Positions 54,009 through 61,928 of a stretch of DNA of 64,000 bases are shown here, piece by piece. The stretch lies in the IMG/VR virus record IMGVR_UViG_3300018877_000002, one strand, 5' to 3'. This DNA comes from a virus. Below the pieces are notes generated by a model that ran no database searches, was not told the origin of the DNA, and was given only the letters and a program-made list of their open reading frames with translations. The position numbers were made by a program, and so were the translations under genes. Within the stretch, counting starts at the first letter, position 1. The number at the start of each line of letters is the position of its first letter.

Positions 54009-55292
54009 CTACATGTCTGCAAAGACCTTGGAAGCTTCAGAGCGAACATCGTCAGGAAGAACCACAATACCAACCAAAGGGTTGCCTTTAAGCTTATCAA
54101 TCATCTTCAGCAATCCATTGTCGTATAGGTATTTTCCTTCAGCCTGTTTATAATCACCTGAAAAAACAATGGCTGAATTCACCGCTAAACGAGTGCCAAT
54201 CAGCTTCAACGTCTTTACATCAAGGTCTTCTGCTTCATCAACAATAATGAATGCTTCTGGAATTGAAAGTCCTTTCATATAGAAAGGAATCTCGCATTCT
54301 AGCTGACCTCTTTGCGTCATTTCAGCTAGTTCAAACTCGCCTCTATCCAGATATTGAACAATTGGCCTGAAGAAGTCGCCAATCTTTTCGCTTTTATCGC
54401 CTGGAAGAAAACCAATTTCTTCACCTGATCCAATTGGGTTGCGAACTGCAACAATCTTCGCATATGTGCCTTTTTCTCTCACATGATGCAACCCTGCCTT
54501 CATAGCTAGAAATGTTTTCCCTGAACCATATGTTCCAGCAATAATCTTAATAGGGATATTCTTATTCATTAGCAAGTCAATTGCACAATCCTGATAAATT
54601 GTCTTCCCTTTCAGATTCTTTGGCGGTTTCAAAAGCTTTTCAAAGCTTTGACCTGTCCAACGAAAAACGTCAATCATCTTGTAATCAATCCTACCTGTTA
54701 TCTCATTGATAAATTTTTCTCTTGTGTCTTTAAGAATCAGATATTGATTATTTAAAAGATTCAAAGGATTGTTGCCTTCATAAATAGAAGCAAGAATGAT
54801 TTTATCTTCTTCTAGGTCAAGATTTAACAGCAATTCTTCAACGCCTGTATATCTGATATAATCATCGTTGTTATTTGCTTCGATGACCCATTCGTCCAAT
54901 AGTGCATTTACTTCATTTTCACTTAAACCTTTAAGCCATCCACGTTCAGTAAAATATTCTCTGAACTTCGCTTTAGATTTTAGTTGCATTAAGAAATCGC
55001 CAGTAACAATCCCTGTCTCATGTTCTACGGCAAATTGAACAATGCTATCATCATTGTTTTCAATCCATCCTGCCGAAACATGCCCTAGTCCATATTCAAC
55101 ACTTGACAGAGATTTTAGCTTCCGCACAGCATTCCTAGCTTTGAATCCACGCTCTGTATTAAACTCAGATTTGATTTTGTCCAGTTCCTTCAAGACTGTC
55201 AGAGGGATGAAAATAGTACCATCAACCTCTTCTAAGTAGTGAGGGTTGTGCAGTAGTGCATTGGTGTCAAATAAAAACTTATGTGGTTTCAT
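54009..55292 (-). CDS. phoH: PIN domain - PhoH-like ATPase fusion (YlaK-like)
   Basis: N-terminal FLFDTNALL (PIN). GTYGSGKTFLA (Walker A). IIVDEAEDL (Walker B). Confidence 0.8.
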   Translation of the reverse strand: MKPHKFLFDTNALLHNPHYLEEVDGTIFIPLTVLKELDKIKSEFNTERGFKARNAVRKLKSLSSVEYGLGHVSAGWIENNDDSIVQFAVEHETGIVTGDFLMQLKSKAKFREYFTERGWLKGLSENEVNALLDEWVIEANNNDDYIRYTGVEELLLNLDLEEDKIILASIYEGNNPLNLLNNQYLILKDTREKFINEITGRIDYKMIDVFRWTGQSFEKLLKPPKNLKGKTIYQDCAIDLLMNKNIPIKIIAGTYGSGKTFLAMKAGLHHVREKGTYAKIVAVRNPIGSGEEIGFLPGDKSEKIGDFFRPIVQYLDRGEFELAEMTQRGQLECEIPFYMKGLSIPEAFIIVDEAEDLDVKTLKLIGTRLAVNSAIVFSGDYKQAEGKYLYDNGLLKMIDKLKGNPLVGIVVLPDDVRSEASKVFADM

Positions 55293-55375
55293 TTAAACAC
55301 ACCCCCAAGCTAGATTTTGGTGTAAGTAGTAGAAAGCGCTCACACGAATGTAAGCGCTTTCATTTGAATCAAAAA

Positions 55376-55699
55376 TTATTCAGCGTCTTCGGTAGAACCA
55401 GAAATTTCGCCAGTTTCAGCCGCACGCTTCAGTTTTGCTTTTGCGGAAGCTTTAACCTTAATCTTTTCAGGTACATTGACAGACTCGCCAGTCTTAGGAT
55501 TGCGACCAACATATGCTTCTACTACTTTCAACTCAGTAGCAAGATAGCCATTTAGGTTAACTTCCTTACGTTGTGCAGTTAGATGCTCTAGAGTCAGAAG
55601 AAACGCATCCACAGCCTCACCAGCCGCCTTCTTTGTCATTCCATTCAGTTCTGCCATTGCCGCGATAAAATCCTTTTTGTTTGCTTTAATAAATTCCAT
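55376..55699 (-). CDS. hup: HU/IHF-family DNA-binding protein
   Basis: FIAAMAE...GRNPKTGESVNVPEKIKVK matches the HU arm (R.GRNP.TGE.I.I....V.F). Confidence 0.85.
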   Translation of the reverse strand: MEFIKANKKDFIAAMAELNGMTKKAAGEAVDAFLLTLEHLTAQRKEVNLNGYLATELKVVEAYVGRNPKTGESVNVPEKIKVKASAKAKLKRAAETGEISGSTEDAE

Positions 55700-55749
55700 T
55701 ACAAATCATCTCCTTTAGATCATCTTATGTGTGATATATTTCAGGCGAG

Positions 55750-56592
55750 TTATACTCGCTTGATTAATGTGTGTACTATTTCTTCGATATTCATATCGAA
55801 GAAATGAATATCTTCATCTGCGAGAATTACTAGAATCATATCCATTTCACATTCATTGTCCTTGCCTACCTTGTATTGCTTGACAGACTTGTCTATTTCA
55901 TAGACGGCTCCTTGAAATATGAATCTATTGTCAGTGTCAACGCGACACCATTCTGCTTTAGAAGCAGATCGGTCAAATCCTTGGTTGCCACCAATTGTTG
56001 TCTTTTCATCAATAAAAACTGCTTGACCAAAAACATTTGTAACTACATTGCCTTCATTGTCCTTGACTCTTTTCAATTTGTATGTGGTAATCTCTGGAGT
56101 GGAGAAAAGCTTGTATAGCTTGCGAGTTTTTGAAGTTTTCCATCTCCCAACTCTTTTAGCTTCTTTCTCCTGCTCCTTTCGAAGCTGGCTATCACTTATC
56201 TTTGATAAGTCGATTGAAGGCTCTTGTGTTGTAAGCGTAACACTCGCATATCCAGATGCATTATCTGCGCTTGGATTGTACTCGCCATAAATTAGATTCT
56301 GCGCGGTATCATTTGCATTAGACGCTGGAATCTCTTTTGAGTTTACCTTGTCAATCTTGTAGCTGGTTAGAATGCCAGCATTTTTAGATTGACCTAGCAA
56401 GATAAATGTCGCACATCTATCAAGAATCTGCTTGATAGTATTGCTACTTAGCCAGTAGTTTTTAAAGGACTCTTCCCAGCGATTTAAGATATGCTCTTCA
56501 ACTAAACTCATTTTTTCTTCTATTGAAGTTTCGCGATTATACCTCATAATCTTTGTATGTCCATCTGGCATCTTGATCTTAAACATCGTCAT
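55750..56592 (-). CDS. hypothetical protein
   Basis: 280-aa open frame, no motif recognised. Confidence 0.5.
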   Translation of the reverse strand: MTMFKIKMPDGHTKIMRYNRETSIEEKMSLVEEHILNRWEESFKNYWLSSNTIKQILDRCATFILLGQSKNAGILTSYKIDKVNSKEIPASNANDTAQNLIYGEYNPSADNASGYASVTLTTQEPSIDLSKISDSQLRKEQEKEAKRVGRWKTSKTRKLYKLFSTPEITTYKLKRVKDNEGNVVTNVFGQAVFIDEKTTIGGNQGFDRSASKAEWCRVDTDNRFIFQGAVYEIDKSVKQYKVGKDNECEMDMILVILADEDIHFFDMNIEEIVHTLIKRV

Positions 56593-56642
56593 CTATCGTT
56601 CCACCTACTTTCATTCCGCAAGGTGCGAGTCTTTTATCGACT

Positions 56643-57218
56643 CTATTTCGTGGATGATTTCGAAGAAGATTCGCATACCTTGCAAATACCTTTTAAACCA
56701 TCCTTGTTTCGCTTATCGTTACCATAAAACTCTGCAATCGCTGGCTTCGATTCTTCGCACTTATTGCATCTTTTATAGCTCCAAGGTGCTTTAAGGTTAT
56801 TCATAAACATATATTCGTATTTCCATGAAAAATCATGTTTGGCTTTAATCTTAGCGCATATCAGATTGAATGTTCTATTGATACCACTTACATCCTGCCC
56901 AAAATGATCGGCAACATCCTGCTCTGAATTTCCCTGCATTAAGAGTCTAATGATTTCCAATTGTTTTTCACTAAAATTACATCTCTTAATAAGGTTATCC
57001 AAGTCGATGTATGTAACAATAAGTTCGGCATTCATAGGTTTTACATCTCCTGCTGAATTATAATTCCTGTTGAAGCCTATACCTTGATAAGTGTCAATCA
57101 TCCATCTGTATTTAATTAAGCCCTTGATGCAGTCAACATCACTAAAGCTAATACATTCGAACTGTCGTTCTGCTTTATGAGTGTCGATTTTTACTAGCCC
57201 CATAGTCAACACCCCCAA
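56643..57218 (-). CDS. sigma-70 region-4-like HTH regulator with C-terminal zinc ribbon
   Basis: FSEKQLEIIRLLMQGNSEQDVADHFGQDVSGINRTF (LuxR/sigma r4-type HTH). C-terminal CNKC...CKVC. Confidence 0.55.
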   Translation of the reverse strand: MGVLTMGLVKIDTHKAERQFECISFSDVDCIKGLIKYRWMIDTYQGIGFNRNYNSAGDVKPMNAELIVTYIDLDNLIKRCNFSEKQLEIIRLLMQGNSEQDVADHFGQDVSGINRTFNLICAKIKAKHDFSWKYEYMFMNNLKAPWSYKRCNKCEESKPAIAEFYGNDKRNKDGLKGICKVCESSSKSSTK

Positions 57219-57247
57219 TCGTTCATGTGAAGATAGTTAATATCTTG

Positions 57248-57276
57248 ACTATATCACAATATTCACCTCCCGTCAA
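57248..57276 (-). promoter_or_regulatory. sigma-A-type promoter (proximal)
   Basis: Minus strand reads TTGACG, 17 nt, TATAGT. Confidence 0.5.
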
Positions 57277-57346
57277 CTAGTTCTATCAACAATTCTGTGA
57301 TTAAACTAAGTTGGCGGGAGTGAAATGTATTCATGTCATTACCTTA

Positions 57347-57375
57347 ATAATAGCATGAATTGAACGATTTGTCAA
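57347..57375 (-). promoter_or_regulatory. sigma-A-type promoter (distal)
   Basis: Minus strand reads TTGACA, 17 nt, TATTAT. Confidence 0.5.
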
Positions 57376-57378
57376 TAT

Positions 57379-59613
57379 CTAATTTTTCAAAAATTCACAA
57401 AGGAATGTATTACGTGTGAGATTGACGTTTTTCCTCATCGCGGAGTTAATTACATCTGCCTGACATAAACCACGCAAGAATTTCTTTGCACGAGTCCAAG
57501 CAGTGTAAAGAAGATTTGCGTTTAATTGCCATTTGTGAGCTTTGTCAGCAAGCACAATGACCGCACTAAATCCAGAGCCTTGTGATTTATGAATGGTAAG
57601 GCAATACGAATGAAGTATAGTTTCAAGCTGGATGTAATACGTTCTGATAATATCGAAGCCATAGTCGATGAGGATATATTTCTCTATGTCGTTAATTTCG
57701 ACAATTACGCCAGTATCACCATTATAAACAACAGTCGTGCACTCTTCTTCGTCTGCCCCTTTGAGAAGTTTGTAGTGAATCAAAGCTTTGTAGTTATTTT
57801 TGATATTAATAACTCTGTCACCTTCTCTAAAGATAACATTGTGAAAATTGACTTCTCGTTTGTTGTCTGCTGGAGGGTTTACAATAGACTGGATAGTTTT
57901 GTTAACAGCCTCTGTCCCAAGCTCTCCTGCTTTGCGCGGTGATAGGATGATAATATCATCCACTTTATATCCAGCTTCCAAGGCTTGCTTGTAGCAGTAC
58001 GTATAACCATTTACCATTTTCTCTTGTGGAACACACCAGATAACGGTATCAGAGCCAAACTCTGCTTTGCCAAGGAAATTGGTACTGATAAATTTTTGCT
58101 TCAAACGTGTTTTGGTTGCGATATCAAGGATACCCCCATCTTCTTGACGGAATACCTTTGTGAGCTTAGTAACCAAAAATGCATTACTTTCGATGCAGTC
58201 ATGCAAGAAATTCCCTACTCCTACAGATGGAATTTGGAAGTCGTCACCAACGATCAAAATACGGACATTTGGATTCTTTAATGCTTTAAAAAGCATTCTC
58301 AAAATATAAATGTCAGCCATAGATGCCTCGTCAAGAATGATAAAGTCAGCAATGATATCTTTAACCTCATCGAATCCTTCAATGTATCCAACCGCACGAT
58401 GAATTGTTGATGCATCTCTACCAGTGTATCCTTCCATCACCTTAGCGGCTTTACCTGTAGGAGCCAATAAAAGAACATGCTTTTTCATTTTATCCATTAG
58501 ATTCAAGATCATTTTTTGCAAAAAAGATTTCCCACAACCAGCGTACCCCACAAGAAAGTTCACTCTATTCTTTTTAAGGTTGTAGAAAATCTGCTTCTGT
58601 TCATCTGTAAGAGTGATGTTGTACTTCTTCATCTGCTCTTCGATAAAAGCATCTGCATCATAATCTAGCTCAGTACTAGAGTCGCGCATTTTGAGCAATG
58701 TTTCGGCAATGAACTTCTCTGCTTTAAAGGCTTTCTCTAAAGCAAAGCGTTCGTTGCCTCCGTCACCATCATGAAGTTCAACAACTCCTTCGATATCGAA
58801 GGCATGTTTTTCAACATCCGCTCTAGAAAGACGAGTATTATCTTGGACACCTTGTATTACTTCGTCCCTCTCCATCCAAGAATGTCCGTCTTTGCTGTTT
58901 TGCATAAGAACGTATTTAATACATTCTTTTACACGAAAAGGGCTTTTCATATCGAACCCCATACCTTGTGCAATTTCATCAGCTTTTAAGAAACCAATGC
59001 CACTAATCTTACACAGTTCATAAGGATTTTCTTTGATACGCTGAACTGCGTTTGCCCCAAAGAGTGCGACAGCTTTCTTCATCTGAAGTGGTGTAATGCC
59101 AAACTCTCCAAGTTCTATAATAATATCCTTCATATATTCATTTTCTTTTACTTTCTCATACAAAAGATTGAAGCGATGACTGCCCATTCCCTTAATGTAA
59201 TTTGTATCCACTTCTTTGTTGAGAATCTTTTCGATAACACCAGCGCCATAGTGTTCGATTAATTGATTGACAATAGAAGGCTCACAAAATTCCATAAGAA
59301 AAGCCTTAGCACTGGCAACAGTATCAAATTTCGCCTGAACAATTTGCACTTTGTACTGCTTTCCGTATCTTGGATGGTCTTCAAGGACACAATACATGCT
59401 GTACTCTTCGCCAGCGTGGAATTTTTTTTCAAAATTTCCCTTTACTTTCGTCACAAACGAACTGCCGTAGAAAGGAAGTTCATCTTTAGGCAAAATATCT
59501 CCAATATTAAAAACCTCCACCTCATAAACGGCGTAACCACTTCCATCATGTGTCATGAAAGTGTCTCTAATAATTTGTACGTCTAGACGAATCAATTCCT
59601 CTTTCTTAGACAA
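57379..59613 (-). CDS. recD: RecD2-like SF1 helicase
   Basis: GYAGCGKSF, LLLAPTGKAAKVM, ILDEASM, LIVGDDFQIPSVGVGNF, TIHKSQGS. Start set at the TTG at 59613, behind AAGGAGGAGGAG. Confidence 0.85.
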   Translation of the reverse strand: MSKKEELIRLDVQIIRDTFMTHDGSGYAVYEVEVFNIGDILPKDELPFYGSSFVTKVKGNFEKKFHAGEEYSMYCVLEDHPRYGKQYKVQIVQAKFDTVASAKAFLMEFCEPSIVNQLIEHYGAGVIEKILNKEVDTNYIKGMGSHRFNLLYEKVKENEYMKDIIIELGEFGITPLQMKKAVALFGANAVQRIKENPYELCKISGIGFLKADEIAQGMGFDMKSPFRVKECIKYVLMQNSKDGHSWMERDEVIQGVQDNTRLSRADVEKHAFDIEGVVELHDGDGGNERFALEKAFKAEKFIAETLLKMRDSSTELDYDADAFIEEQMKKYNITLTDEQKQIFYNLKKNRVNFLVGYAGCGKSFLQKMILNLMDKMKKHVLLLAPTGKAAKVMEGYTGRDASTIHRAVGYIEGFDEVKDIIADFIILDEASMADIYILRMLFKALKNPNVRILIVGDDFQIPSVGVGNFLHDCIESNAFLVTKLTKVFRQEDGGILDIATKTRLKQKFISTNFLGKAEFGSDTVIWCVPQEKMVNGYTYCYKQALEAGYKVDDIIILSPRKAGELGTEAVNKTIQSIVNPPADNKREVNFHNVIFREGDRVINIKNNYKALIHYKLLKGADEEECTTVVYNGDTGVIVEINDIEKYILIDYGFDIIRTYYIQLETILHSYCLTIHKSQGSGFSAVIVLADKAHKWQLNANLLYTAWTRAKKFLRGLCQADVINSAMRKNVNLTRNTFLCEFLKN

Positions 59614-59652
59614 GTAAACTCCTCCTCCTTGCGTTCCAATATCGCTTATTCT

Positions 59653-59681
59653 ACTATACCAATAATTAGAGGAATAGTCAA
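59653..59681 (-). promoter_or_regulatory. sigma-A-type promoter of the helicase operon
   Basis: Minus strand reads TTGACT, spacer ATTCCTCTAATTATTGG, TATAGT. The spacer is 15/17 identical to the promoter spacer at 266-294. Confidence 0.6.
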
Positions 59682-59711
59682 GATGAATAAAAATTTTTCC
59701 TTGGAGGATGT

Positions 59712-59740
59712 TTACAATCGGGTGCAAATGTCATATAATC
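59712..59740 (+). promoter_or_regulatory. promoter-like element for the recombinase-fold gene
   Basis: TTACAA, 16 nt, TATAAT. Overlapped by the 8-bp inverted repeat AAATGTCA / TGACATTT (59726-33 and 59751-58). Confidence 0.4.
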
Positions 59741-59792
59741 AATCCAAGGGTGACATTTCGATCATAGCATGATGTGAAAGGACGGATAACTA

Positions 59793-60827
59793 ATGACAGC
59801 TATTGGAAGTAGGGTTGTAAAGCTTCATTCTGGTGTGCGCGATGTGGGAAGCATGATTGAGGTTTTCCTTAATGATAAGCGCATCAACTCAGAACGGACG
59901 GCGGTTTCTTATGAGGGGGATATTCGCCAGTTCTTCCGCTATATGTGCCGCAAAGAACTTCATGAACTCACTGTAGATGACATCAAAACAGGTGAAGGCG
60001 GCATTTTGCACAGCGACATTCTTCAATACAAAAACGAGCTTGTAGAGTGCTATGCCGCAAGCACTGTCAATCACAAAATGTCTGTAGTGAGGCAAGTATT
60101 TGGACATTTGGCAAAAGACTTCCCTACGCTAATCCATCTTCCCATTTTTGATGTAGAGACAGTCAAAGGCGAAAGTAAGCCTATTGGTTGGCTCACATGG
60201 GATGAAGTCGAAAAAATGATTGAACTTGCCAAGTCACTTCCAAGCGGTGAACAAAAGAGTCTTGCCATCGAATTGGCGGCTAGAACTGGCATTCGCTTGG
60301 AAGCATTGCACAAGCTCACTATTGACAACTTCACTCAACATGAGGGGTATGTCTTGATAACAGTTTTAGACAAAGGGAAGAAGAAAGATGAAAAACCCAT
60401 CCCTTACAACGTATTTGAAAAGGTTGTCCAACTCACAAAAAGGTTTGACGGCAAGTTGTTTAAAATTTGCAAACGGACACTTCAAAGAGCAGTTACTGAT
60501 GAGCTTGTCCCGCTAATGGGGATCGAAGAAGAGCGTGAAATCAGCTTCCACTCCATTAAGAAGATGGGTGTTATGTGGGTTCTGGAAGAAACTGGCGATT
60601 TGCAAAAGGCGGCTATTCATGGCAATCACTCAAACATCCAAACAACTTGGAAGTATTATGTAGAAAAGCACAAAAATCACATTACATTTGCCGCGCTACA
60701 AATGGGACGCAAGGTAGACTTGTCGCCGTTGGAACACCTGTCCAGAGAGGAACTGCTTGCACTCATACAAAACGCAAGCAGAGGAACACAAATCGAATTG
60801 CTGAGTAAAGTGGGGGTATTAGAATGA
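59793..60827 (+). CDS. tyrosine-recombinase-fold protein with a degenerate HxxR motif
   Basis: ARTGIRLEAL (Arg I) and HGNHSNIQTTWKYY (His/Tyr) are present, but the HxxR box reads FHSIKKMG (R replaced by K). N-terminal SAM-like core-binding region. Confidence 0.7.
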   Translation: MTAIGSRVVKLHSGVRDVGSMIEVFLNDKRINSERTAVSYEGDIRQFFRYMCRKELHELTVDDIKTGEGGILHSDILQYKNELVECYAASTVNHKMSVVRQVFGHLAKDFPTLIHLPIFDVETVKGESKPIGWLTWDEVEKMIELAKSLPSGEQKSLAIELAARTGIRLEALHKLTIDNFTQHEGYVLITVLDKGKKKDEKPIPYNVFEKVVQLTKRFDGKLFKICKRTLQRAVTDELVPLMGIEEEREISFHSIKKMGVMWVLEETGDLQKAAIHGNHSNIQTTWKYYVEKHKNHITFAALQMGRKVDLSPLEHLSREELLALIQNASRGTQIELLSKVGVLE

Positions 60828-61051
60828 GAAATCATCTGTATACAATAGGGTACAGTTATCAATTAAGTAGCGATGATCCAAACCTTATCCGAAGTGGATT
60901 TGATTTTGTTCCATGTTATGATCTAAAAGAGTTTAACCATTATTTTTGGGTTATCATTGAAGAAGGGAGTGAAATTATTTATATTGACATGCTCATTGAC
61001 AACAAAGTTGTTGTAATTTATGATAAAGAAAAGGCTAGCCTAATAGGTTAG
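60824..61051 (+). CDS. hypothetical protein
   Basis: ATGA-coupled to the upstream gene. Confidence 0.45.
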   Translation: MRNHLYTIGYSYQLSSDDPNLIRSGFDFVPCYDLKEFNHYFWVIIEEGSEIIYIDMLIDNKVVVIYDKEKASLIG

Positions 61052-61060
61052 CCTTTAATT
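61031..61060. terminator. bidirectional terminator at convergent gene ends
   Basis: AAGGCTAGCC / GGTTAGCCTT stem flanked by A4 and T-rich tracts. Overlaps both stop codons. Confidence 0.6.
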
Positions 61061-61928
61061 TTTCTAGCAACCTTATATAATCTTTTGACAAAACCACCTC
61101 AACTTGAAGCTTAAATTCATCTCCCTTTTTCTTTACAAAGTCTAATCGTCTCTCATCTTCTGTAACAAAGATAATAAGTGGAAAACCTGCTTCTTTTAAT
61201 CGTTTGAACCATCCTTCTTTCATCCAATGTCCTGATTGCCTAAATTTTCTGTATTTATTTAATTTCTCCTCAATCATGGGAAAATTCTTAGAATTTCCTC
61301 TATCCTCTGTTCCTGTGTCATACTCCACAAATGAAATCAATGGCTTTTTCCCTATGCCCATAATCATAAAAACATCAGGTGAAAGTTTAATATTTTCTTT
61401 ATTGTACATAAATTTTCTTGCAACCTCTATATCCCATCTGACTAACTTCCATTCATTCTTAATGCAAAATCTTATAGTATCCACTTCTAGTTGATTGACA
61501 CCATTTACATGAAAGAATTGAATGGGCACTTCTCGTTTATGAACATGGATATTTCCACCTTTAACTGTCTTGTGTTGTTTAATACGCCTATTAAACCTCA
61601 CTCCAAGAATGATAGCCCCAGCTCTGTCTAATGCTACAATACATGGTTTATTTCCTTCCTTATATCCTGTTTGCTCATGCACTTTGTCAATGCACATTTT
61701 TTCGAAAAGCTTACGAATGGAGCGATTAAGCACAATCGCTCCATTCGGGATGTCTCTGTAAGCGGGATGGATAACCTCTAAATGGTCACGCCGTACATAC
61801 TTCCTCTTGTGAATGATTCTTAGCAATTCCATCTCTCTATCTGTAATGTTATTACAATTGAGCTTTACCCAATCAGATGTAATCCTCGCTTGTTCCACGC
61901 GCTCGTACCAACCCTTTTTCTTGGTCAT
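61035..61928 (-). CDS. replication-relaxation (Replic_Relax)-like protein
   Basis: N-terminal winged-helix-like ITDREMELLRIIHKRKYVRRDHLEVIH, as in the plasmid Replic_Relax family. Coupled to the upstream ATPase. Confidence 0.4.
   Translation of the reverse strand: MTKKKGWYERVEQARITSDWVKLNCNNITDREMELLRIIHKRKYVRRDHLEVIHPAYRDIPNGAIVLNRSIRKLFEKMCIDKVHEQTGYKEGNKPCIVALDRAGAIILGVRFNRRIKQHKTVKGGNIHVHKREVPIQFFHVNGVNQLEVDTIRFCIKNEWKLVRWDIEVARKFMYNKENIKLSPDVFMIMGIGKKPLISFVEYDTGTEDRGNSKNFPMIEEKLNKYRKFRQSGHWMKEGWFKRLKEAGFPLIIFVTEDERRLDFVKKKGDEFKLQVEVVLSKDYIRLLEKLKANLLG

Noticed and set aside
59726-59758. Reading the AAATGTCA/TGACATTT inverted repeat as a specific, genome-wide operator
   Set aside because: The half-site contains the generic -35 hexamer (TTGACA) in reverse. 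Other matches, for example near 20789, are simply promoters. Only the local dyad is reported.
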